Below are positions 1 to 8,674 of a DNA stretch of 28,765 nt, one piece after another. Below the pieces are notes generated by a model. It saw only the letters and a program-made list of their open reading frames with translations. It did not search any database and was not told the origin of the DNA. Every line of letters begins with the position of its first letter. Within the stretch, counting starts at the first letter, position 1. Source of the DNA: Bacteroidales bacterium (GTDB taxonomy: Bacteria > Bacteroidota > Bacteroidia > Bacteroidales > UBA12077); contig JANQHR010000076.1 in NCBI GenBank assembly GCA_028282585.1, forward strand, positions 1 to 28,765. The letters are read 5' to 3'. Position numbers and translations under genes: made by a program.

Positions 1-1260
1 TACCATATGGAATTGTAAGCCTTTGCTGTGCCAGGCCAATCCCAGTCCCACATTTTTGTAAGTATTATTCAGGTAAGACCAACTCAGGCTTGCCGAAAAC
101 TTGTTCCATAATTTAGTGTTGGCAGAAAGGCTTAAAGAAGAATGTAATTTGCCCCGGTAAACCACATTTCGGTTCACCACCCCGATCCCTAATTTGGGCC
201 TGTACTGGTAAAGTCCTCCCAGGTATAGCTGGGTTGGAAACCACGAATAAAAGCTGTTTTGCGTAACCGTGTGAGTAAAACTATTAAACAGCGTATCCGA
301 AAAATCAGCCAGGTAATCTACATCATCCAGGTTGGCTCCGGAATAATCAAAACTACCGGTTAAATGAATGTTATTTACATCCGATTTCCATCGAATAAAT
401 CCTAAATCAAGCAAACTTGCAGACAAGGTTAACTTTTCATTATACTTGTGAATCCACCCTAAATCCAGTGCAAAACCTTTATTTTTTCCATTCATTAAAA
501 AACTTAAGATATCTACATCGCCCATGGTAACACCTGTAATGTTTCCATCGGCATCCTGGTTAACAGTCATTGGAAATGATGTGTTAATGATCAAATCTCC
601 TTCCACATTTAAATTAAAGGTAGTTTCATCCGTATACAAACTCATTTTTGACTTGCCGGAATAAATACCGGCTTTGCCAAATAACAGTTTTGTCCTTATG
701 CCAAAAGTATTATAAGCATCCCAAACTTTAGATACTCCCAATGAATATTCCCTGTAATAAACTGTATTTGTCCTTAGGTTATTGAATTTCTCCGTTTCGC
801 CCAGAAACTGTGTATTCCCTTTCCAAGCCAGTTCGATTAAACTGCCCGGGTAGGTTATCCCGGAATTAATTTTCTCTGCAATATTGAAGGTTATGTAATA
901 ATCATTTCTGCGGTAACCCAGCGAAATTAAATCCAAATGAACCGCATTGTCAATTAAATTGGATTTTTTTACCTTATCATAAAACGAGCTCATGTTCAAA
1001 GATGCCGAACCTCCTGAGGATGAAAATAGTTCGTTAAACGAAAATACGGTATTTGAATAATTTAAATGTGTAGATGTTAGTACCGGAAAACCTAAAAACC
1101 ATTTACAATTTATTTGAACTGCCGGATTTAAGCGGTTCGATTGAGGGACATCATGCAATAAATAAAATGTATTGCTTTGTTGTGCAGAACCAAAGAAAAA
1201 GATTAGGATAAATCCCAGCGTAAAGAATATACTTTTTCTATTTAAAGGTTTATTATTCAA
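1..1260 (-). CDS. DUF5723-family outer-membrane beta-barrel protein, truncated at the left window edge (not in ORF track)
   Basis: Manual translation gives an open frame from TTG at 1260 to base 1: LNNKPLNRKSIFFTLGFILIFFFGSAQQSNTFYLLHDVPQSNRLNPA...GFALDLGWIHKYNEKLTLSASLLDLGFIRW...PTQLYLGG. It has a signal peptide plus the NPA and 'SASxxDLGFIxW' motifs typical of DUF5723. An in-frame TGA lies at 1266-1264, just upstream. Confidence 0.8.
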   Translation of the reverse strand, partial: MNNKPLNRKSIFFTLGFILIFFFGSAQQSNTFYLLHDVPQSNRLNPAVQINCKWFLGFPVLTSTHLNYSNTVFSFNELFSSSGGSASLNMSSFYDKVKKSNLIDNAVHLDLISLGYRRNDYYITFNIAEKINSGITYPGSLIELAWKGNTQFLGETEKFNNLRTNTVYYREYSLGVSKVWDAYNTFGIRTKLLFGKAGIYSGKSKMSLYTDETTFNLNVEGDLIINTSFPMTVNQDADGNITGVTMGDVDILSFLMNGKNKGFALDLGWIHKYNEKLTLSASLLDLGFIRWKSDVNNIHLTGSFDYSGANLDDVDYLADFSDTLFNSFTHTVTQNSFYSWFPTQLYLGGLYQYRPKLGIGVVNRNVVYRGKLHSSLSLSANTKLWNKFSASLSWSYLNNTYKNVGLGLAWHSKGLQFHMV

Positions 1261-1270
1261 AAATCATTCT

Positions 1271-1945
1271 TTATTCAAAGTTATCATTTGCCTCATTGCC
1301 TGAAATTGTTAAGTTCAACCCTGCCTGCACGCCCATCTGTATATCCATCGTGTATATCGGGTAAAAATCGATTAAAGCAGTGTCCAGCTGAAGGTTTTGA
1401 ATACCGCCCTCAACCAGCAAATACCGAACCGAAGAAAGCGCTTCAATTTTTTCCTGAGAAATATATACATCGGTCTGAGTATGCCTTTTTTCAACGGTTT
1501 CTCCGTTTCCCTGTAAGTTGCCCGGTTCAATGATAAGCGGTTCATCAGGGAAAAGCGAATCAATTACCGTTTCGTTAATATCCAGAAAGTAAGCCTGCAC
1601 ATTTGCGTAAGCAGGAAAACCATTATAAGTATTAATCCGAAACATCAGGGTAACAATTTCTTCGGAGAACTCACCCAAATTTTCCATATCAAATGGAAAC
1701 CGGTAAGTCAAAGGAATATCTACCTCATCTATCCAATCAGGGAAACCGGACAAATCAAAGTCATTAAGTAAATCTGTATCAAAACCGCTATCTTCATTCA
1801 TGCCTAATGACCCGTACCCTAAAGCCATGGAAAAACTAGGCTCCCAGGCAGATTCCGGATTGTCAAAATCAGTCGGTACATCCTTAATGCACGAATAAGA
1901 AATAATCATTATTGATATTAAAAGTATTAACCTGGAGAATTTCAT
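1271..1945 (-). CDS. Hypothetical lipoprotein, likely partner of the DUF5723 barrel
   Basis: Lipobox-type signal MKFSRLILLISIMIISYS-C followed by an acidic stretch (IKDVPTDFDNPE). Its stop lies 10 bp upstream of the DUF5723 start. Confidence 0.75.
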   Translation of the reverse strand: MKFSRLILLISIMIISYSCIKDVPTDFDNPESAWEPSFSMALGYGSLGMNEDSGFDTDLLNDFDLSGFPDWIDEVDIPLTYRFPFDMENLGEFSEEIVTLMFRINTYNGFPAYANVQAYFLDINETVIDSLFPDEPLIIEPGNLQGNGETVEKRHTQTDVYISQEKIEALSSVRYLLVEGGIQNLQLDTALIDFYPIYTMDIQMGVQAGLNLTISGNEANDNFE

Positions 1946-2253
1946 TTCAACACGTTCTAAAAAGTAAACTCAAGTTATAAAAAATTGTTTATCCGGACTA
2001 ATAGAAAACGTTAATTAAGCATTATTTGTTATAAATGCTTCATCTAGCAACCTAAAATAAATAAAAATTTATGTTTTAAAATATTTTTTTCGTATTTAAG
2101 TCCTTGATTGCCAGTATTTGTTTAAGAAAAGCATAAACTTCAATAAACATAATAGATATAGGGAAATTTTCGTTAAACTAATCGTATTTATAAAGATCAA
2201 ATAAAAATAAGAAGCGGCAAAAATTAAATTACGAACCATTAAAATTTGTTGTC

Positions 2254-2538
2254 ATGGCACAAGCAATCTGGAACGGAAAAGTAATAGCGGAAAGTGAAGA
2301 CATCGTTCAAGTAGTTGATGCCTTTTACTTCCCACAAGAATCCATAAATATGGATTATTTAAAACCTAGCACTACCAAGACTATATGCTTCTGGAAAGGT
2401 GAAGCTTCATATTACGATATTATTGTTGAGGGTAAGTTAAATAAAGATGCTGCCTGGTACTATCCAGATCCCAGTCCAATGGCTGAAAATGTTAGAAATA
2501 TGGTTGCCTTTTGGAAAGGTGTTGAAATAAAGTTATAA
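2254..2538 (+). CDS. DUF427 (NTP_transf_9) domain protein
   Basis: AIWNGKVIAES, YFP, 'T-x-C-x-WKGEASYY' and 'DAAWYYPDP' signature motifs. Confidence 0.92.
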   Translation: MAQAIWNGKVIAESEDIVQVVDAFYFPQESINMDYLKPSTTKTICFWKGEASYYDIIVEGKLNKDAAWYYPDPSPMAENVRNMVAFWKGVEIKL

Positions 2539-2549
2539 AATTTAAAAAA

Positions 2550-3197
2550 ATGAATTGCGAGATTAAAACCATAATATTAGGAGGCTCTTCAGGTAATAGT
2601 TACCTGATTAAAAGCCATCTTGGTTTTGTCTTGATTGATACAGGAGAAAAATCGAAACGTAAAAAACTTGATAAAGAATTGGAAAAAGCTGGATGCAATT
2701 CGGAAAATTTTCATTTGGTCATTTTAACTCATGGTGATAACGATCATTCTGGTAATTGTGCTTATTTAAAAGAAAAATACGGTGTTAAAGTAGCCATGCA
2801 TGTCAGAGATGAAAGAATGATGCGTTATGGAAAAGCTATTAAATATAAAAGAAAAAGTAAGCGCTTTGTAAAATATTTATTCCCGCTATTCATAAAAATT
2901 AACCAGTTTAAACCCGACTTCAATATTGATGAAGGATTTAATTTATCATGCTACGGTATAAATGCAAGAGTAATACATTTACCTGGTCATTCGCGGGGTT
3001 CGATAGGAGTTTTAACCGATAATGGTGATTTATTTTGCGGTGATTTATTTACAAATATTCAAAAACCGGAAATAAATAAAATTATGGAAAATGACTTAGA
3101 CGCCAACGCAAGTATTGATAAATTAAAAAACTATTTAATCGATAAAATCTACCCCGGGCATGGAACCCCCTTTTTTATAAGCAAGCTGTTTGTTTAA
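2550..3197 (+). CDS. MBL-fold metallo-hydrolase
   Basis: LIDTG, THGDNDHSG (HxDxDH variant of HxHxDH), PGHSRGS, GDLF and YPGHG motifs. Confidence 0.9.
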   Translation: MNCEIKTIILGGSSGNSYLIKSHLGFVLIDTGEKSKRKKLDKELEKAGCNSENFHLVILTHGDNDHSGNCAYLKEKYGVKVAMHVRDERMMRYGKAIKYKRKSKRFVKYLFPLFIKINQFKPDFNIDEGFNLSCYGINARVIHLPGHSRGSIGVLTDNGDLFCGDLFTNIQKPEINKIMENDLDANASIDKLKNYLIDKIYPGHGTPFFISKLFV

Positions 3198-3307
3198 TAC
3201 GATATTATTGATGAAAAAGGCTTTCAAGAAATAGTATTAGCTATTTAAATAAATTCCTTTTTTGGGTTTGTTGGATTTCTTAGTAATTTTCCAAATATTT
3301 CAGTACT

Positions 3308-3877
3308 ATGGAACCTAACTTTAAACAGAGCCTATTTAAATATTTCAATTTTACTAAAAAGGATTGGGAAATTACGGAACAGTATTTCAATCTTATTGAG
3401 TTAAAAGCTAAAGAACCTTTTTTAACAGAAGGTAAAATATCGAACAGAATTGGTGTGGTTGAATCAGGTTTATTAAGGTCATTCTTTTATGGTGAGAATG
3501 GAAATGAAATAACTACCCGGTTTTTCATACCAGGATCGTTAGTAATTTCAGTAGTCAGTTTTACTCAGCAAAAACCTGCAAAAGAGAGTATTTTAACAAT
3601 AGAGCCCACGGAATTAGTTATTTTTACGCATAAAGATTTCCAGGAGTTGCTTAAAAAAGTGCCTGCATGGCAACAGATTCCATTAGTTTCTTCAGAATAT
3701 ATGAATAGGCAAAAGGAAAAAAGAATTCTTGAGTTTCAAACTATGCCAGCCAAAGAAAGATATTTGAAATTTCTTGATAAATATCCGCAGGTTTGCAGAA
3801 GCGCAACCGTTGGGCAAATTGCTTCATATCTGGGAATTGATATTGCAACTTTAAGTAGGATCAGAAAGAATGTTTAA
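3308..3877 (+). CDS. Crp/Fnr-family transcriptional regulator (Bacteroidota type)
   Basis: cNMP-binding barrel (FLTEGK...VESGLLRSF...GNEIT.RFF) and C-terminal HTH 'ERY...IASYLGIDIATLSRIRK'. Confidence 0.92.
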   Translation: MEPNFKQSLFKYFNFTKKDWEITEQYFNLIELKAKEPFLTEGKISNRIGVVESGLLRSFFYGENGNEITTRFFIPGSLVISVVSFTQQKPAKESILTIEPTELVIFTHKDFQELLKKVPAWQQIPLVSSEYMNRQKEKRILEFQTMPAKERYLKFLDKYPQVCRSATVGQIASYLGIDIATLSRIRKNV

Positions 3878-3934
3878 CTTGATACATTTTTCAAAATTTC
3901 TTTTACCATACCTTGGATAAAACACCATAAGAAA

Positions 3935-3942
3935 TATCTTTG
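3935..3942 (+). promoter_or_regulatory. Bacteroidota sigma-A -7 box (TATCTTTG) for the LytTR gene
   Basis: Exact TAnnTTTG match 24 bp upstream of ATG 3967. Confidence 0.6.
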
Positions 3943-3966
3943 ATGTGAATTAGATTTTTAGAAAAT

Positions 3967-4809
3967 ATGAAGGTTGTAAAAAAATCGTTCAATCAAAACT
4001 ATTTAATAAAAAACCCGATTGTTGGAGCCTTAATACTTACTATTTTTTCGTGGTGCTTCGCTCTACTTTATAAGCCCTTCGAATTTGATTATAACACCCG
4101 TTTCCATTTCAGTATTAGTTTATTTTTATTTGGTTTCGGAGGAAGCCTTTCCTATTTATGTTTTATTTATCTAACAAAATTTTTATTCCCAAAGTTTTAT
4201 AGTATTAAAAACTGGACCTTTTTAAAAGACATTCAAACTATAGTTTTGTCCTTAATTATAATGGGAACTACTATATATTTTTTAGGTTATCTAATTAATT
4301 TAAATCCTGCACCAATTAGCACTCATGGATTACTTGATGCGATCAAAATGGTATTTTTAATGGGTATTATACCTTTTGGAGCTCTATTGATTAAAAACAT
4401 TGGAAACCCTTATATAACTACTTATGATGCTAATGAAGAAACAGTGTTGTTTAGCAGTTCCACCATTGAAATCCAATCTGCATTAAAAGAAAAGCTACGA
4501 ATATCTTTTAAGGACCTTTTATACATAGTTTCTAATGGTAACTATGTTGACTTTTACTTCAGTGAAGGATATAAAATCGTAAGAAAAACGCTTCGCAATA
4601 GCTTAAATGATATTGAAAAACAATTAGTAGACTTTCCTTTTTGTTTAAGAACTCATCGAGCATATATAGTAAATTTGAACTTCATTATTAATAAAAAAGG
4701 AAATGCGCAAGGATATCTTTTAACCCTTGAAGGAGTGAATGAAAAAATTCCTGTTTCGCGAAAAAAAATTGCCGAGTTTGACTCAGCTTATAAAAAGTTC
4801 ATAAGCTAA
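3967..4809 (+). CDS. Membrane-anchored LytTR-family DNA-binding regulator
   Basis: Four N-terminal hydrophobic segments, then a LytTR domain (LLYIVSNGNYV...LRNSLNDIEKQL...RTHRAYIVN...IPVSR). Confidence 0.9.
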   Translation: MKVVKKSFNQNYLIKNPIVGALILTIFSWCFALLYKPFEFDYNTRFHFSISLFLFGFGGSLSYLCFIYLTKFLFPKFYSIKNWTFLKDIQTIVLSLIIMGTTIYFLGYLINLNPAPISTHGLLDAIKMVFLMGIIPFGALLIKNIGNPYITTYDANEETVLFSSSTIEIQSALKEKLRISFKDLLYIVSNGNYVDFYFSEGYKIVRKTLRNSLNDIEKQLVDFPFCLRTHRAYIVNLNFIINKKGNAQGYLLTLEGVNEKIPVSRKKIAEFDSAYKKFIS

Positions 4810-4814
4810 TTGGT

Positions 4815-4930
4815 TTGTCCTTTATAACATATTCTTGTCATCCATAACATCATCATAGAACCCGAAAAGCTTATTGGTGTCCATGGTAACAATTCTTTGA
4901 TTTGTATCCCAGATTTTCGGTTGAATCCCC
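4815..4930 (+). repeat. ~20-21-bp-phased imperfect direct repeats (putative LytTR operator array)
   Basis: TTGTCCTTTATAACAT (4815), TTGTCATCCATAACAT (4835), GTGTCCATGGTAACAA (4877), plus TTGTATCCC (4902) and TTGAATCCC (4921). Confidence 0.6.
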
Positions 4931-4981
4931 ATTTATAGACTACTTGCAGGCAAATTTATTTACTAACATAAACTTTTTATT

Positions 4982-7366
4982 ATGAATAATTTGTCTCAAC
5001 TAACAAAGATTTTATTACTATTTCTTATAGCCATGCTAAATTTTAACCATTCTAAAGGACAATCAGGAATCATATTTGGAAAAATTAAAAATATAGAAAC
5101 CAATAAGCCTGTCATGTATGCGGCAGTTAGCATATACGAACAAAACGACTCTTCTCTTTACTTGAGTACAATAACTAATGATGAGGGTGCTTTCTCAATA
5201 GGTCAGGTTAAAAATGGGACATACTATTTAAAAACTTCTTGCCTTGGTTTCAATGAATCAGTAATAGAAAATATCCTTATCAGTTCTAATCAACAAAAGT
5301 ATAATTGCGAAACTATCGAATTGAAAGAAAAATCATTTTTAATTGAAGAAATACAAGTAACAGCTAATAGGGCAAGAGGAAAATCCGATAATGAAAAAAC
5401 TATATATACAGTTAAAAATGAAATGAAAAATACTTCATATAATGGAACTGAATTGTTAAAATATATACCAGGTATACAACTGGACCTACAGAAAAACATT
5501 TATCTGGAAGGAAAATCTAATGTTATCATATTAGTTAATGGAAAAGAACGGGACAAAAACTTTCTAGATCAATTAAACTCGGAATGGATAGACAGAATAG
5601 AAGTTTCTGTAGGATCATCATCTAAATTTGATGCTGATGCAGCAGGTATTGTAAACATTATCTTAAAAAAAGACGAAAATGAAGGCTTTGGAAGTAGCGT
5701 GAATTTGGATTTACCACTAACAACATCCGGTATTTTTAGTAATCCTTCTTATAGCCTCAGTTATGGAAAAAGAAAACTTAACCTATTATTAAGTTATACG
5801 GGAGGATTCTATTACTTTGATATAGAAAGTAACAGAACATATAACACATTTTCTAATAATGAAGACTTTGACATTTCAAATAGTTCCGCATTAAAACAAA
5901 AAAGCTGGAATCAACGTATCAATCTATCTATAGATTATTCAATTAATAAAAAGAATAGTATAACATTTTACTCTTATTATAATCCGCACAAAAACAATTT
6001 TGATGGAAAAACAGAGTCAGAGATAATCAGCTCTGAAAGCAATCATAGCAATATCAATTATTCTAATAATGAAAAAGATCGAAATACAGCTAATCTGTAT
6101 TCGTTATTTTATAAACATTCATTTGATAAAAACTTTTCCGAATTGACCGTTGATTTAAGTTTTTACAATTTTAACGGGAAAAGCAGCTACTCAGTATGGG
6201 ATATAAATCAAAAAGGCAATTATTCAAATTTACCAACGGATAATTCCGAATACAATACAAAATATCACCCAAATCGATTTTCAAATTACTTAAAACTAGA
6301 CTATACAACCAAAGTAAATGATAAAATAAAATTAGATCTTGGCTCCAAGTTTATGTATAGTAATTATAAAAATAAGGATTCCAATGATTTTAAATACACT
6401 AAAAAAAACCTGGCTTCCTATATTATGGCCACTTATCAGCATGAAAAGATTGTAACAACTTTAGGTATGAGAGGTGAGTATTTAAATTCTTCTTTGGAAG
6501 AAGAGTTCAATAAAGATTATTATTCTATATTACCATATTTTGTAATCAGTTATAAATTAAAGAATAATAATACCCTTAAGTTGAACTACAAAGTATTAAC
6601 CTTCAGACCGGGGCTTTATGATTTAAATTCTGCGATCATTGCAAATGACTTATATTCCGCTAAAACAGGGAATCCGGATTTAAGTATGGAGCACAATAAC
6701 ATTTTTGCACTTGAATACACTACACAAATAAAAAGCAGTTATATGGCAATTGAAGGCTATTATGAGTTTAAAAAGAATAATATCCACCACATTGGTGAAC
6801 TTACTTCCGATGGTCTTATATTGTTCACACCTCAAAATATTGAAAGAGAAATTAACTATGGCCTTAAATTATCAGGTAGTTTAAGTATATTAAGATTATT
6901 ACATATTGTCCCTTTTTTTAAATTCTATCAATATGAAATTAATAATGAAGCAAATTTATTTTACCAAAACTATAAAACAGGAACCAATATTAATGCTTCA
7001 CTTTCTGCAATACTTATGCTTAAAAATAACCTGTCTTTATCTTTAATTTATCAGTATACAAACCCTGAATATTTTATTCAAAACAGAACATTTACCGATG
7101 TCCTTTATTTCTTAGGCATTGACAAAAAATTTGGCAACAATGTGAAAATAGGACTTGCTTCTGCTCTTCCTTTTAAAAATTCATTTACTTATTATGCGAA
7201 TAAATACAATACTGAAAACTTTAAATTCAACCAGAACGAAAACATAACATTCTCAGCATTCCCTTTTTGGTTTAAATTCAGCTACTCATTTAATTCAGGA
7301 AAAAAAGCCAAGATCAAACAGTGGGAAAATGAAATGAATGAGGTTAAGTCCAAGAAGATATTTTAA
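4982..7366 (+). CDS. TonB-dependent receptor / outer-membrane beta-barrel family protein with N-terminal carboxypeptidase-regulatory-like domain
   Basis: Signal peptide; GKIKN...YAAV...TNDEGAFSI...GTYYLKTSCLGF (CarboxypepD_reg-like); 'IEEIQVTA' TonB-box-like; plug 'LLKYIPGI...IDRIEV...KFDADAAGIVNIILKK'; barrel with RP...GNPDL and terminal 'FSYSF'. Confidence 0.88.
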   Translation: MNNLSQLTKILLLFLIAMLNFNHSKGQSGIIFGKIKNIETNKPVMYAAVSIYEQNDSSLYLSTITNDEGAFSIGQVKNGTYYLKTSCLGFNESVIENILISSNQQKYNCETIELKEKSFLIEEIQVTANRARGKSDNEKTIYTVKNEMKNTSYNGTELLKYIPGIQLDLQKNIYLEGKSNVIILVNGKERDKNFLDQLNSEWIDRIEVSVGSSSKFDADAAGIVNIILKKDENEGFGSSVNLDLPLTTSGIFSNPSYSLSYGKRKLNLLLSYTGGFYYFDIESNRTYNTFSNNEDFDISNSSALKQKSWNQRINLSIDYSINKKNSITFYSYYNPHKNNFDGKTESEIISSESNHSNINYSNNEKDRNTANLYSLFYKHSFDKNFSELTVDLSFYNFNGKSSYSVWDINQKGNYSNLPTDNSEYNTKYHPNRFSNYLKLDYTTKVNDKIKLDLGSKFMYSNYKNKDSNDFKYTKKNLASYIMATYQHEKIVTTLGMRGEYLNSSLEEEFNKDYYSILPYFVISYKLKNNNTLKLNYKVLTFRPGLYDLNSAIIANDLYSAKTGNPDLSMEHNNIFALEYTTQIKSSYMAIEGYYEFKKNNIHHIGELTSDGLILFTPQNIEREINYGLKLSGSLSILRLLHIVPFFKFYQYEINNEANLFYQNYKTGTNINASLSAILMLKNNLSLSLIYQYTNPEYFIQNRTFTDVLYFLGIDKKFGNNVKIGLASALPFKNSFTYYANKYNTENFKFNQNENITFSAFPFWFKFSYSFNSGKKAKIKQWENEMNEVKSKKIF

Positions 7367-7383
7367 TGTTCTTTTTCCATTTT

Positions 7384-7397
7384 TTGACATTTATCAA
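7384..7397. promoter_or_regulatory. Crp/FNR-type palindromic operator TTGAC-ATTT-ATCAA
   Basis: One mismatch from TTGAT-N4-ATCAA, 55 bp upstream of the NAD(P)H-binding gene start. Confidence 0.6.
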
Positions 7398-7452
7398 ACA
7401 ATCCATTAACTTAAAATCCTGACCTTTACGTTAAATTAAAACTGTTAAAATC

Positions 7453-8283
7453 ATGAAAATATTAGTTATTGGTGCAAGTGGAATGCTCGCAAAACCGGTC
7501 GTAAAAAATTTGGATGAGTTTGGGTTTGATGTCCGGTTATTTTCAAGAACGGTTCATGCTACCATGTATGAAAAAAACCACGAAATAGTAAATGGAGATG
7601 TTTTTGTAAAACCCAACCTTGAAAGAGCCATGGACGGTTGTGATGCTGTTTATATTACACTTTCAAAACTAAACGAAGCAGAAGCAGTTAAATCAATCGT
7701 TGAAGTAGCTAAAGAACAGCAAATGAAATTGATCGGATTGATTTCCGGGGCAACTGTTTCGGAGGAAAATCGTTGGTTTTGGATGATTGATAATAAATTT
7801 CAAGCTGAGCAAACGATCATTAATAGCGGAATTCCATATATTATTTTCAGGCCAAGCTGGTTTATGGAATCGTTAAGTTTAATGGTTCGAAATGGGAAAG
7901 CCATGATGATTGGGAAACAACCTAACCTATGGCATTGGTTATCGGCTGATGATTTCGGGAGAATGGTTGCTACTGCATTTCAAAAAACAGACGCGCAAAA
8001 TAAAATCTTTTATTGTTATGGACCCGAAAAGTTTTTGATGAAGGATATTTTAACAGAATATTGTGACGTATTGTACCCGGGGATCAAAAAAGTATCTTCA
8101 GTTCCTATCGGAATGATGAAATTAATTGCGTTTTTATCAGGGAATAAAGAATTAAAAATCGCAAGCTCTATGTTTGCGTACTTTGAAAAAGTAGAAGAAC
8201 CTGCAAGCAATAATGAAACAAATAAAATCTTAGGAAAGCCAGAAATTACGTTTAACCAATGGATAAAAATGCAAAAAAGTTAG
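7453..8283 (+). CDS. NAD(P)H-binding atypical SDR / NmrA-like oxidoreductase
   Basis: N-terminal Rossmann motif ILVIGASGMLAK, GDV, 'AEQ.IINSGIPYIIFRPSWFME' and 'SADDFGRMVA'. Confidence 0.88.
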   Translation: MKILVIGASGMLAKPVVKNLDEFGFDVRLFSRTVHATMYEKNHEIVNGDVFVKPNLERAMDGCDAVYITLSKLNEAEAVKSIVEVAKEQQMKLIGLISGATVSEENRWFWMIDNKFQAEQTIINSGIPYIIFRPSWFMESLSLMVRNGKAMMIGKQPNLWHWLSADDFGRMVATAFQKTDAQNKIFYCYGPEKFLMKDILTEYCDVLYPGIKKVSSVPIGMMKLIAFLSGNKELKIASSMFAYFEKVEEPASNNETNKILGKPEITFNQWIKMQKS

Positions 8284-8286
8284 CGT

Positions 8287-8652
8287 ATGGCAACAAAACT
8301 GGTCACCAATAGTATTCTTTTTATCATTATAATTATTTCAGGAGTTTGGTTGGCTAAATTAGGTAAACCATATAAACCATTAGCTTTTAATATACATAAA
8401 TTCATAACGCTTGCATTTATTGTTTATACTATAATGTTATTAAAAGTATTAATAAAAACTATTGAAATGAGTTCATTGCATTGGTTATTACTGATTTTAT
8501 CCGGTATTTGTGTATTATTAACCCTGGTGTCCGGTGGAATTCTAAGTAGTAAGGAAGAAATAATGAAACCTTTGATTCTGGTTCATAAAATATCATCCGC
8601 ATTTGCCCTGCTATCAATTCTTAGTTGGTTCTATTTTAGCTTAAAGCAATAA
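8287..8652 (+). CDS. Hypothetical 4-TM membrane protein
   Basis: Four hydrophobic helices, with a repeated 'HK' motif (NIHKF, LVHKI). It starts 3 bp after the SDR gene stop. Confidence 0.7.
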   Translation: MATKLVTNSILFIIIIISGVWLAKLGKPYKPLAFNIHKFITLAFIVYTIMLLKVLIKTIEMSSLHWLLLILSGICVLLTLVSGGILSSKEEIMKPLILVHKISSAFALLSILSWFYFSLKQ

Positions 8653-8674
8653 AAAGCCCCTTATCCGGGGCTTT
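8653..8674 (-). terminator. Intrinsic terminator hairpin at the convergent junction, possibly bidirectional
   Basis: AAAGCCCC-TTATCC-GGGGCTTT. On the minus strand it reads ...GGGGCTTTTTA, and the kefB stop codon lies in the loop. Confidence 0.65.

Noticed and set aside
3879-3894. TTGATACATTTTTCAA as a second FNR box
   Set aside because: The spacing is N6 rather than N4 and one half-site is imperfect. It may be a remnant but is unsupported.
4815-4930. Possible mini-CRISPR array
   Set aside because: The repeats are short and imperfect, the ~20-bp period leaves no room for spacers, and there are no cas genes.
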